Shown: positions 11,481 to 25,199 of the stretch, one piece after another
How positions within the stretch are numbered: position 1 is the stretch's first letter
Layout of the letters: each line of letters opens with the position of its first letter
From: Octopus bimaculoides
Taxonomy: Eukaryota
NCBI RefSeq assembly: GCF_001194135.2
Contig: NC_068987.1
Coordinates: 1,227,572-1,291,571, forward strand
DNA: 64,000 nucleotides
Direction: 5' to 3'
The notes under the pieces: generated by a model
Told to the model about the DNA's origin: nothing
Databases searched by the model: none
Seen by the model: only the letters and a program-made list of their open reading frames with translations
Program-made: the position numbers and the translations under genes

Positions 11481-13645
11481 TTTATCCAGCCAGACAATAA
11501 ATGACCTTCTATCTGCTAGACATAGCAGTATATCTCAGTCCTTTTACATCCTACTGTCATGTAAAAAGGAAGCGATCTTTGCATAATATAGTCTGTGATA
11601 TACTTTTATAAACTTCAGTTATATCAAAGGCAAACGACTCCGATTGTTCAACAATAATCACACACACATACACACGCATATATACGTTTATGCACACGTA
11701 GATATGTATATATGTGTATGTATATATATTTATATACGTATATATATATATTTATGTATATGTATGTTTCTAAGTATATATGCATACATATATGCATATA
11801 TATGTGTATGTATAATATATATATATGCATATATATATATATTATATAACATATATGTATATAGAATACACACACCCACACACGCCATATTGTGCAGGCA
11901 AATGGTGGATTAAACATTCAGCGAACAATTGGCAAGTCTCTTTAAATGTTTTAGCGAGAAATTTCCACATTAGTCATGTATTACATATGTTATTTGGTGT
12001 GACACACTCTATCGACGTGTTCATGTTTCTTTTTCTTTTGTTACGTTTCATTTCTAACAACTGTTTTGATGGTCTGCTAATCGAATGGCTGATTCTACCA
12101 TACTTGCTGCACATTAATTTGACATTTGATATTAACAAGTTATATTTCATATAATTTTCATAATTTAACAGAATGGTATTTTTACTTAGAACTTCCGCCA
12201 ATTCTTTCTTCTTTTCCTTTCTTTTGTTCACTTACCGAGAACTATTAATCATTTTAATAGAAATATGTGTCGAAACAACAGATTCTGTCTGTGTGTGTAT
12301 GTCTGCATGTACGTTCGTGTATACATATATATATATATATATATATATANNNNNNNNNNNNNNNNNNNNNNNNNNNNNNNNNNNNNNNNNNNNNNNNNNN
12401 NNNNNNNNNNNNNNNNNNNNNNNNNNNNNNNNNNNNNNNNNNNNNNNNNNNNNNNNNNNNNNNNNNNNNNNNNNNNNNNNNNNNNNNNNNNNNNNNNNNN
12501 NNNNNNNNNNNNNNNNNNNNNNNNNNNNNNNNNNNNNNNNNNNNNNNNNNNNNNNNNNNNNNNNNNNNNNNNNNNNNNNNNNNNNNNNNNNNNNNNNNNN
12601 NNNNNNNNNNNNNNNNNNNNNNNNNNNNNNNNNNNNNNNNNNNNNNNNNNNNNNNNNNNNNNNNNNNNNNNNNNNNNNNNNNNNNNNNNNNNNNNNNNNN
12701 NNNNNNNNNNNNNNNNNNNNNNNNNNNNNNNNNATATATATATACATACATACATACATGTGTACATACATATATATATAGGCGTATATATATGCATGAA
12801 TATGTCCGCTGGCATACAAATGTTTGTACATATGTCCATTGTATATACATATATAAAATTGCATACATCTATATGTGCGCATCTATCAATCTTTAAATAT
12901 ATACATCTGTGTGTGCGTGTGTGTATGCATATAAGTATGCGTATATGTATGCATGTAGTATAAATATACATATATATATGTGTATATAACCAAGTAATCT
13001 TAAATATAACTCGATGCCGTTCCTATGTCCATCACCTCCTGTGCGCATTTACGTATTTATATTCAACACATTCACACACAACAAACATACACACGCACAC
13101 ACACACACACGCACACACTCTAACACGCAGGCACACACACACGCACACACTCTAACACGCAGGCACACACTCTCCAACACGTGCACACACACACACACAC
13201 GCACGCACACTAACGCACACACCCATATTACACGCGCACGCAGATGTATTTTTGTGGTGGTGCATGTATGGATGGTAATCGCCATTTGCTGTCTCACTCT
13301 ACATCCATCAACGAATGCAGTATTTGACGCAGTTAAACGGAATAATTAATTATTTTGGCAAAAATGCTGACTGCATCCGGTGTACATGCGTCTTACTTCC
13401 TTGAAACATGTAGGAGAAACCTGTTTGAAATTCTTTAAAAGAAGTTAATCGTTTGTAGTCATCAGGTTTACAAGATAATTAAATACATACATCCATAGAT
13501 ATTCATATATATATACAAACATACATATATGTATATACATATATATATGCATGTATATAGTATTCATATATATACACATATACACACACATATATATATA
13601 CACACATACACACACACACGTGTGTGTGTGTGTGTGTGTACACAC

Positions 13646-13976
13646 ACGACGGTCTTCTTTCAGTTTCTGTAAACCAAATCCACTCACAAGACTTTGGTCG
13701 GTCCATAACAAAAAGCCATTTGCCCAAGGTACTGTGCAGAGGGATGAGATCGGGAACCGCGTGTGTGTGTGTTTTTGTGCCTGTGTCTTTCCCACCATTG
13801 CCTGGGAACCGGTGTTGGTGTGTTTATCTCTGTAATTTAGCGATTCGTTAATAGAAGCTGATTGAATAAGTACGAGCATTTAAAAGGAAAAGATGCTGGT
13901 ATCGATTCATTCGACTAAAAATTCAGCACGGTGGTGCCCCAGCATGGCCGTAGTCTGACTGAGACAAGTAAAAGAC
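13646..13976. mobile_element. SINE family B with 5' half inverted relative to 3' half
   Basis: 13646-13760 is the reverse complement of the head/core seen at 40975-41095. 13761-13976 is the (TG)n linker and tail in forward orientation, as at 41100-41290. Confidence 0.8.
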
Positions 13977-14868
13977 AATGGATATCTTTAGGGTTTGTAG
14001 TTTGAGGAGGGGTGAGATGTCTGTGTGTAATGTTTTGTCTATTGTTGGTATGACAACGCCACCTGCGTTTGTTTTAAGAATTTACAAATTTGAGTGGGAA
14101 TGAAAAACATTAGCCTCAATCTGTCTCAATACTTGCTAACGTGACCCAGGTGGATGGTGTTAAGCCTGGTACCAGAATTTGTCGGGCATCGGAAGAAAAG
14201 AATGACACTAGTATCTGAATTCTACCAAATTTTACTGACAAGATTTGGGTCAATCTTAGAGGAACTTGCTCAAGACGTCGCACACTCAGAATCCAAAATC
14301 ACGTAATGATCGAACCAATTTTGTTCGAGAAATAACAGCCAAATATCCCTCAATTCACACTCTGTAATCGTAAAACTACCTCAGACAGTGTAGTCCGAAT
14401 GTACACAACGTAATACGTAGAAAAAAGAAGCGATAAAGCATAACAACAGGAACAAGAACACCAACAAGAGTAACAACGTTAATGTACACGAACTGACACC
14501 AACAAAAGCACCACGAATATGAGGACGAAGCACAAGAACAATAACAGAAAGAACAATAAAAATAATACAAAGAACAACAAAGAAAAACCGCAAAAAACAA
14601 CAACAACCCCTAAGACATGAACGACACTAGAATTTCCTTAAAAGAGATTGGTTCTATGTGATGGTCACGTCAGCTTCAATAACATGGCTTTCTTTATGTG
14701 AAAGAAATCTTGCATCTTCTAAGAATGTAAGAATGAGAGAATAAAAGAATGCAGGAATATAAACTGCAAAAACAATCATAGATACAAGCCGTTCTATGTT
14801 GTTATATTTCTAATGTTGCCTTGTTCGAGAATCTCACTAACCTTGCCTCCATATCTTCTCTCTCTCCC

Positions 14869-14913
<45 letters not shown>

Positions 14914-15607
14914 AGCAAGATTCATTACAGTTATTTTTTATACACTCTTCGTGTTTGTATTTGTTTTGTTTTCTTTACTTGTTCTTTCTTCATTTTTCTT
15001 TTCGTTTTTACATTTTATGTCGGGTTTCTCCATCGCACACACACCACATACAAATACTTACTTTGCGCACACGATATACACCCATACACATATAGAGACA
15101 CATATTTCCTTCACTCATACACACACACACACACACACACACACTTTCTCTCTCTCTTTCTTTCTCTTTCTTTCTCTCTCTCTCTTTCTTTCTTTCTCTC
15201 TTTTTCTTTCTCTCTCTCTTTCTTTCTCTCTCTTTCTTTCTCTGTCTCTCTTTCTTTCTCTCTCTCTTTCTTTCTCTCTCTCTCTTTTATTCTTTCTCTC
15301 TCCCTCCCTCCCCCCTTTCCATCTTTCTCTCCCTGAACATTCCACCCTCGGAAACATTTACTGTATCATACTTCGTGGCACGAAACCGTCATCCTCACCA
15401 TCACCCCATCAACATTAACACGATCATCCTCACCATCACCGCCTCCACCATCCTCACCTCCACCACCACCACCGTCTCGTCCTCATCATGGTGATCATCA
15501 TCATCGTTGTCTTTATCTTTACTTCTAGCATCAATCCCTCCTCCTCATTTTCAGTATAATCAAAATAAAACTACCCCTTAACTCGCACTACCCATTGTGG
15601 TTATTTG

Positions 15608-15960
15608 TTTCAGCCATTTAACTACGGCCATGCTGGAGCAAAGCCTTTGGTCGAACAGATCGACCCCAGGAATTATTCTCTGTATTCTAACGGTTCTTTT
15701 GCCGAACTGTTAGAATACAGGAACGTGAACACACCAACATCGGTTGACAAGTGATGGTGGGGTGACACACACACACACACACATATATATACACACGATC
15801 GGCTTCTATCAATTTCCGTCTACCAAATCCACTCACAAGGCTTTGGTCGGCCCGAGGCTATAGAAGAAAACACTTGCCCAAGGTGCGACGCAGTGGGACT
15901 GAACCCGGAACCATGTAATTGGTAAGCAAGCTACATATCACACACCCACTCCTGCGCCTA
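15608..15960 (-). mobile_element. SINE family B, near full length (tRNA-like head, CORE-like segment, microsatellite linker, tail)
   Basis: Reverse complement of the 40938-41300 copy. It has gggactgaacccggaacc (B-box region) and acttgcccaagg, which resembles the CORE-SINE ccttgggcaagt segment (CORE assignment is inference). Confidence 0.9.
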
Positions 15961-16052
15961 TGCATACATATACACCCACATATCTATTTATTCGCACACA
16001 CACACACATACACACACATATATATATATTCCTATACTCACATGCGCGCACG

Positions 16053-16083
<31 letters not shown>

Positions 16084-16967
16084 CCACATGCGCGCAGGTA
16101 TACACACGCACACACACACACACACACACACGACATCTGTGTTTGTGTGTATAGATGTTTATATGAATTGTACTCCATCACACTGAAGTTTGGCAACCTA
16201 CTTCATCTGTTCTCCGTAAAATATCACAACACACAGAGACACACACTCACGCACACACACAGACGCACACACACAACCCCCCCCCACACAACACAAACAA
16301 ACAACGTGCTGTTATAAGACTTTCTTTAATCTTTAAGGAAGATATAAATTCTCCGGATTGTTACGCGCGTGCACACAAACATAGGGTCGCACAAATATAT
16401 AAAGCATCATTTAAACTTCAGAGTTTATTATGTGATATAGTATACTAATGTCCTCGCTTGCACTGAGCAGTGTCCCGATGCCTGGCGTCAATGAGCTTTT
16501 TACTCAGTCCATCGGATATTATGATTCCATTTCATTTGTTTTTAAAAACGTTTGACGAGAAGAAATTTGAATGACTATCTGGTTGTTATTACCAGGAGAT
16601 GAAGATACCACGTCGAGTCCCAAACGTAGGGTCATGTGTTGATGAAGTAGATATCTCAATTCTCCCCCTGGCAATAATGACTCATCAATATCTTCATTGT
16701 TAGTATTGCTATATTACAGACAGGTTTCGGTTACTATTTAAAATAAATGTTTGCTGTGCTGTGTACACATAATGACAACATATAATTTTCTAGCCTTTGG
16801 TTAGTGACAGGTTAAATTTAACTAAACAGTTTTGTTTGATATTCTTTCGATAAATATTGATTTCTTTCCATATACTAAGCATTTAAGAAACGATAAGAAA
16901 AACACCCTAATATATATATAGAGAGAGAGAGAGAGGGAGAGAGAGAGAGAGAGAGAGAGATCTGCAT

Positions 16968-17145
16968 AGGAACAGGCGTGGCATTATAGCAAGAAGTTTG
17001 CTTCCCAACTACATGGTTCCAGGTTCTGTCCAACTGCGTGTCGTCTTAGCAAGTGTTTTCTCCTATAGTCTCTCCGATCTACCAATACCTTGTACGTAGA
17101 TTTGGTAATGGAAACCGAAAGAAGCCCGTCGTATATGCATATATA
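16968..17145 (+). mobile_element. SINE family B, 5' half
   Basis: ggcgtggcattatagcaagaagtttgcttcccaactacatggttccaggttc...agatttggtaatggaaaccgaaagaagcccgtcgtata. Confidence 0.85.
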
Positions 17146-18463
17146 TATATGCATATATAGTTTATATATATATATATATACCTCATTAAAAGGGCAGCGA
17201 AAATATCAGTAAAACTGTGGNNNNNNNNNNATATATATATCTTGGAAATGGATGCGTGGCGTTCCATAAAATAACCATATGAAAAAATAAAGTGTGCATG
17301 TATGTATATATATATATATATACCTCATTAAAAGGGCAGCGAAAATATCAGTAAAACTGTGGCATATAAGGTTCGATAAAACTACCTGTGAAGGACTGAT
17401 GTACTGACTACGGTGGAGGATAAAGAACGACTTTATTAAAGATTCTGTTAGAATCTGTCTGTCAGGCAAATTTTAATAGAATATGAATTTATCGTCTACG
17501 ATATTCTGCACATCACACAATTCCTTACGAAAGCAAATATTTATCTTTTAGTTTAACTCTTGAATCGAACCGTAAACTGAAACAGTGGAATAACCTTTTT
17601 AATTATTTATGAACATTTCATATACCAAACACTGACACCTTTGTTAGATATCTTGGTTACCTCCACTGCAGTAGTAGTAGTAGTAGCAGCAGCAATCATT
17701 GTTAGTGATGGAGGTGGTTATAATATTCATCAAACGTGATTGATAAGAATCTACGATCAAAAGTGACCCAGCCGTGACCGTCACATCTTAATGTACCTTT
17801 CGTAGTGCATCGATGACTGTATCTCCTATTTTGCCTTCCTTTATTGGCGTTTGCCTTGCCCTCAGTCAGCTGTGATCTATCAGACCGTTAATCAAATATA
17901 ATCAGCTCATGTTAATCCCATATTTATTCATTCTTAATCCTTCTCAACCCACACTATTCTATCTTGTTTCTCCATTTACAGTAATTGGACATGATTTTAG
18001 AAACGGTCAGCTACTGTTTCTAGCAGAAGAGGCGACCTCATAGTGGTTCCTATGTAAATCTTTCGGGATGAATTAAATTCAACATTTTAATTAATTTTTT
18101 AAAATTGATTATGTCATTTTAATTAACGTCGACTAAATGTATCTTGTGATTTATTAGGATTATGTCTATAGGCATAATTTGATACTCTTCTTTGCTCCAT
18201 ATTCTGGATATCGTTTCTATCAAAATGGTTAATTTATGTTCGTCTTCACTTAGATTAAAAACCTATTTGACATCAGGGAGTCTTAGGAGATGCTCATATC
18301 TACCAAAACTTTCTGTATGTTATATATATTCGTAAGTCCTGGTGTTTTGGTTACGTATTTTCTCTCATTTTTATACAGTCTTTCTGTTTTTAGGCTCCAT
18401 ATTCGGGTTATCTCCATTTCGAGATCTTTGTATAGTGTGAGTTTCTCAGTTACTTTAAGTGAT

Positions 18464-18565
18464 ACTTCGTCTGCCGTTACGTTCTGAGTTCAAATTCCAC
18501 CGATGTAAACAACTAGTCCCCTCCCTACAAATTTCAGGCTTTGTGCCTTTATTAGAAAGGATTAT
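18464..18565 (+). mobile_element. SINE family A, internally deleted
   Basis: ttacgttctgagttcaaattccaccgatgt joined to aaatttcaggctttgtgcct tail. Confidence 0.7.
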
Positions 18566-19266
18566 TGTTGTTGCTGTTGTTGTCTAGGCGACGTGTTGAT
18601 AAAATCGTTAAAGCGTCGGGGAAAATGACTAGCAGAATTACTTGGGTCTCAAGACTACGGGCCTTGGGTCAGAATTATCATTATTCTGTAACGTTTGGAC
18701 AGAGGCGGCAGCAGCAGCTTAGTAACAATAATACGAAATATGCTTAGTTACCGAACATTCTATAATATTCACAGATCTGGGGAAAGCACAAAACAGCTGA
18801 AACTATTTATATTTCAGTGAAATAGTTGACATAATATCTATTTATATATTTACATATTCACTTCGTGTTTGTTTGTTATGAATTCCGAACGGAATCAAAA
18901 GATCTAAAGACCAAATCAATTTATTTCATTTTCTACATTACACTAGAGTTTTACTGAAATATTCACACCAACTTCACGATTCCATTCTTGCAGTGTTTTG
19001 TTTATTGGTCTTTTGGCGTTCTTCTTGTTGCTGTCTTTATACAGAGAAGAGGCAAAGAAACGATGCGTCCCTTAACGGCCATTTCTCTGAATGAGAAACT
19101 TTTAAAATATGAGAAGATTGCAACGTTTTTGTGAATGGTTATTGATATCAGCTCAACACACGTGCACGCGCGTACACACACATACACATATACACACGCA
19201 CACAAACCACACCCTCATACCCCCCCATTCATACATCCACAGATATACACATATAGCTATCAATCT

Positions 19267-19345
<79 letters not shown>

Positions 19346-20193
19346 CTACCTTTCTCCTTTCGCTTAATATTTTATATAAATATCGTGTTATATTCCAAAA
19401 TACAGTTTAGGGAGTTTGTTAGTGCTTAGTAGCAGGGCTGTCTTAAATATATGAGATGCAGTCGAATGATTGTGGGTATAAATGCATGACTAGTTAACAA
19501 GATTCTCTATTTCATCTCCAAAAGTCGTGCAAGCGTGCATGCATGCCTGGCTTTCTATATAGGTCAACAACACTCCCCTAAATGTTAGAATTGTGCTGCA
19601 ACGGGCACCAGGGATAAACGTTCGTTTATCAGCCGTAACGTGCCACGTGTATAAGGACATTACAACGGTAGTTATTGATACTTTAGTGCAAGCATATCAA
19701 CGACACTGATGAAACATATATATGTTTCACATTTATAGCTATGTGCCTACTCCGATGAGTAGGCACATAAATGTGAAACAAGATAAGAAAAAGTAGTACT
19801 CGAATACCGGAGATAATGTATTTCATTATCAAAGCTGCAAAAACATGGAAAAATTATTACAAAAAGAAAAAAAATGCTGCTCAGTGTTTCACATTCCTGT
19901 TCAGCTGATCCGGGGCTCTGTACTCATGCCTGCAGTACCGTTTAGTCGCTCTGCACGCCTCTTAGGAAGTCCTGCTTTCTATGTAATGATAGCACAGAAC
20001 TTCTACAGCCTGAAATGCCCGACTGGGAACAAATGAACACCTAGAAAACAACAACAACAATACCAAAAGGAACAACTTCAATAATATCCATTACTACAAC
20101 AATGATATCAGCAATAGTTCTTTCTAATTGTGGCACAATGCCAGCAATTTTGAGCGGTGATGGTTGTTAGTCCATTACATTGGCTCCAATTGT

Positions 20194-20267
20194 TCTCGGT
20201 TGAATTTGAACTCAGAACGTAAAGAACTGGAGGAAGTTCTCTGACGATTCTGCCAGCTCACTACCTT
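20194..20267 (-). mobile_element. SINE family A head, internally deleted
   Basis: gaatttgaactcagaacgtaaaga...acgattctgccagctcactacctt. Confidence 0.7.
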
Positions 20268-21459
20268 AGTAATGCTAATAGCAACAACAAGGTAACGGTA
20301 GCAGCAACCGCAACCCCAGCAACATTGCAGCACTAAGAACAGCAACAACAGCAGCAGCAACAATAACCACATACAAATAACTGCAACAAACTCCACGAAA
20401 CGAGGAAAAGAACGCCGACAAACCTAACATTAAAACACCTTCAGTAATGACAACAATATCAAAAACAACAACGTCAACATCATGAAAAACATCAACAACA
20501 ACTTCAACAGGAACATCAACAATAATATCTCCACCATCACCACCACCAGTTCCATCAAATACTAAACATAGTAACTGTGTCTGTCAGAAACCTTGGAAAC
20601 TATTCAATATTTTTGCTGTAAAGTGAACGATATTAGATGTGAGTTGTTTCATCGTAAAATGTTAATTATCTTCATATCTGGTTCTCCAATAATTTCTGTT
20701 TTTGTCTAGAAATAGAACCATAATTAACTTGTTACTAACTAGTCTGCACTTGGAGTCCCAAGTTGAAGAAATTGTCTCACTCCCTTGATGGTTTTAGCTA
20801 TTGATTGTGTGCTATCAATGGCGCAGACCAGGACAACGAAAGATGGCCAAAACAAGATGAGCGCAATACTAAATATGGCGTTACATTTTGACTGTCGCTC
20901 CTATATGTTCTCCGTCTGATTACTGTTAATAGAGGGTTTATTTATTTTTTGGAAGGTTAATGCAAACTTTCCTGGTAACAATTTTTTCATATTCCTTAGA
21001 AAGAAGGACAAGTAATTTTTTTTCATTTTCTTTGGTGAATCTGGCGAAAGCAGCAGCGCTCATCATGTTTTCATTCTACCCGCCCCTAGGTTGGTGATCT
21101 TGATTCCGTTAATGATTCTTAGAAGCTGCTCCAACTCAAAACTTGTGCGAAAGACATGAGTTGGGAGAAAATTCCAAGGGAACGATATCCCCAGGAAAAA
21201 GGAAGTGAGGTGTCATTAATGCAAGTTGGGAGGATGGGAAAGAAATGAGATTTTGGTCCTGACCTGAAGTGCCATTCTTTGACATATCACCTTGGCTACA
21301 CTGAATTTATTCTCTCGCCAGTAGTGCCCCCCCCCCCCCGCTACCCAGTGACAGTCAGATCTACCTTTTGCAATAACTTGAAGGATCAAGCTGAGTGCCA
21401 CTCATGTCCAGGAGGATGGGATGATAAGATGTAATTTCCTTGGTGTATATAGGCTGCAG

Positions 21460-22195
21460 TGTCATTGGCTTCAACCACGGCCCCCTGATGACTTCGGAAT
21501 CCCCTGCAACTCTTCTGGAGGGTCTCCTTGTTTCAGGTGTTGAATGCTGCCAGGATCCTTGCCTTCAGTTCATCGTTGGTGTTGCAAGGGGTTTTCTTGG
21601 TCTCTCGTTGAATTGCGCGTCACACATAATCAAGGGAATAGCAGTCTGGGGAGTTAGGTGGCCAGATTTTAGGGGAGACCTAGTCGCAGAAATGGTCTGA
21701 CAGCCATGACTGGGTTCTCCTGCTTGTGCGGCAGGGTACAGAGTCCTGTTGCCAGACATAGGGTCTCCCAGCAATTACATTCTTGTCCCAGACAGTAGTA
21801 CCTCTTCCATATTCTTGATGCAGGCCTCCGTGTTGAGTCTAAGGCCTTGTGGGAAGATGAATGGAGGCATAACCTCGCCATCACTAGTGATCACTCCAAA
21901 CACCAGGATGTTGACTGGATGTTTGACTTTTATCACTCTCGATACAAGTCCTGAGATTGCTCTGTCCTCAAATTGACACCCAAACACTCTGAAATGTTCC
22001 AATTGGAGTGAATTCCAAACAGTATAGCATGTCATTTCCAAATTTCTAGCACCGAGAATTGCGTCATGGCGCTGTTTTTCTCATAGATGGTGTCCAAGTG
22101 ACTCTACTATACTGTGTAGTCGAAAAAAAAAATCAAAAATAAGTATTGCGCATGCGCTAAATATACAATGGCGACAATGTACCCATCCCATCCTG
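21460..22195 (-). mobile_element. Tc1/mariner DD37D (maT-type) transposon relic, internally deleted
   Basis: Minus strand reads KHPVNILVFGVITSDGEVMPPFIFPQGLRLNTEA, then GRPYVWQQD-37 residues-D (...WPPNSPDCYSLDY) with internal stops. A terminus-like TA|CAGGATGGG is at 22197-22187; no partner TIR was seen. Confidence 0.85.
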
Positions 22196-22361
22196 TATTT
22201 ATATACATATCTATATACATACACATATGTATATAGAGAGAAATAAAGAAGAGAGTGATTGAGTGAGAGACAAGCAGACAAAGACGGAGAGAGACGCACA
22301 CACTAATCTGGATTAGTAAATTAGTAAAGAATGGAAGGCGCTTAAGCACAGATATAGGTAG

Positions 22362-22401
<40 letters not shown>

Positions 22402-22649
22402 GAGTACTTAGTTAAGTACATGGTATATACATACATATATATGTTATACGTCTCTCTATACATATATTTACGCACGCAGATGGACTCAGCCTTGGAGTTC
22501 GATGTGTGGGCAAAAGTTAATGGTTGTTTGGCATTCTGCCGGATCTCTTTACACGCTGAAATAGCCGGTGAAGCAACAAAGGATTCCACAGACACCTCTC
22601 TTCAGATGATTCTAAGGTAGAAACAGTGTGACAGAATGGGGGGGGGACA

Positions 22650-22815
22650 AGGCCATTCATTTGAGTGAGCTTCTACACAGTTTCCATTTGGATATTTCAC
22701 TCGCAAATTTTGAACTGATGCGAGATTACGTTAATATTAACCTACGGAAGATGCTACGCACGGGATCGAACGTGCAGCAACATGATTGCTAAACGCTTAT
22801 CCACTCAGCACCCAC
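22650..22815 (-). mobile_element. Decayed SINE related to family B
   Basis: gagcttctacacagtttccatttggatatttcactcgcaaa resembles the B core on the minus strand; gggatcgaac is B-box-like. Confidence 0.5.
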
Positions 22816-22951
22816 GTATAGACATAAATACACAGTGTCTAAAAGATCAAAGTTTGATCAATGAAATCACAGTGGGAGTAAATGGGTGGCGGGTTTGTCC
22901 CTGCGCTAAATGATAATTAAGCGAAGCCCGTCAGGTATATGACTGAACATA

Positions 22952-23006
<55 letters not shown>

Positions 23007-23319
23007 TTATATATGTATTTATATGAGATGGCGTTGCTGTGTATGCTGTATTGTATGTGCAAGTTTATGGAGATAATTATCGACTTCTAAACCTGATTGA
23101 TTACGGCCTCAGTGAATAATGTTATTGATTTTCATTGAGGATTTATATTTCCAATTATTGTTCTTAATTTGTCAGGAACCAATCGCCTTTGGGCCAATTG
23201 GTTTGACTTTACATTGTGTACGTGTGTGTGTGTGTGCGAGTATACATATATATACATTTATATACATCCATATATATCCATATATATATATATATATATA
23301 CATACATACATACACATAT

Positions 23320-23372
<53 letters not shown>

Positions 23373-23830
23373 TATGTATATACATTATATATATATGTGT
23401 GTGTATATACACACTCACACACTATGCATCTATCTGTGTATTTGTATATTTGTGCGTACGTTGGCATGTGTATGCATAGGTATATAACTATGCGTTTCAG
23501 TACCTGTATGTGTGTGTGTGGGTGTGTGTGTGGGTGTGTGTGTGTAGATTGTTTGTGTTTTTATTTGTTTATTCTATCAGTCGTGTCTAATTGACTTGTA
23601 TGGATTAGAATGGACTTAAATTAGCAAACTATTCCATTAGAGACAGATTTGTTGAACAGGCAGCACACACACATACACACACACACAGACACACACACAT
23701 ACAAACACACAAACACAAGTACACACATGTACAGACTCGTCTTTAATTGCGTGTGACTTACATATATATATACATACACACATACATATAGACATACAAA
23801 CACATATATGTGTGCGTGCAAACATACAGT

Positions 23831-23883
<53 letters not shown>

Positions 23884-24341
23884 NNNNNNNNNNNNNNNNN
23901 NNNNNNNNNNNNNNNNNNNNNNNNNNNNNNNNNNNNNNNNNNNNNNNNNNNNNNNNNNNNNNNNNNNNNNNNNNNNNNNNNNNNNNNNNNNNNNNNNNNN
24001 NNNNNNNNNNNNNNNNNNNNNNNNNNNNNNNNNNNNNNNNNNNNNNNNNNNNNNNNNNNNNNNNNNNNNNNNNNNNNNNNNNNNNNNNNNNNNNNNNNNN
24101 NNNNNNNNNNNNNNNNNNNNNNNNNNNNNNNNNNNNNNNNNNNNNNNNNNNNNNNNNNNNNNNNNNNNNNNNNNNNNNNNNNNNNNNNNNNNNNNNNNNN
24201 NNNNNNNNNNNNNNNNNNNNNNNNNNNNNNNNNNNNNNNNNNNNNNNNNNNNNNNNNNNNNNNNNNNNNNNNNNNNNNNNNNNNNNNNNNNNNNNNNNNN
24301 NNNNNNNNNNNNNNNNNNNNNNNNNNNNNNNNNNNNNNNNN

Positions 24342-24389
<48 letters not shown>

Positions 24390-25092
24390 GTATGTAGCTA
24401 TGTACATGTGTGTGTATGTGTCTGTGTTTGTATATGTGTGTCTGATTTAACATGGCGGTGTCTTCTGTCTGTGTGTGAGTATTTGTGTGTATTATTACGC
24501 CTGCATTATGTCATTTATGAGTGTTCCTTTATATTCTTCACTTCCTAATAACCTTCTCCACTTGATATTACCTAATTATCATGCTATGATATCTTTCTCT
24601 TTGATATTTCACCATTTCATTACAGTTTAATAACCTCTCATCCTTCCCTGGCTTACACAACGGTCTATGTCTAGAACTAACCTCTTCACTCACCGTCACA
24701 ATCACTCCACCACACTTTTCTCGCTAATATTCACACACACACAAACACATCAAGTAGTTCCTTCAATTTATTTCAATACCTTTGAGAACAATAGCGTTGA
24801 ATGTGAAGTATTTTTCTAATCGGAATTTAAATACACTTAAAGACTTCACTCTCTCTCTCTGTACATGTTCCTTTTAATATCTGTGTGTAATGATAATATA
24901 ATTAGCTACGTGGTTCAGCATTTAGTTTCATTGTAACGAAGTTTCATATTCGATCAGACTGCGATGCAGTGGCATTGTGTTTTCCACCATTTACTTATGC
25001 AGACTGTGTGAAAAGCCATCGAATCGTATCTGTCTGTATGTCTGTCTGTCTATCTGTCTAGTTATTGATCTATCTATCTCTCTAGTTATCTA

Positions 25093-25130
<38 letters not shown>

Positions 25131-25132
25131 GC

Positions 25133-25199
<67 letters not shown>

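Noticed and set aside
17181-17362. Exact 40-bp direct repeat (17181-17220 and 17323-17362)
   Set aside because: The copies flank a 10-N gap, so overlapping contig ends or haplotype duplication is the simplest explanation.
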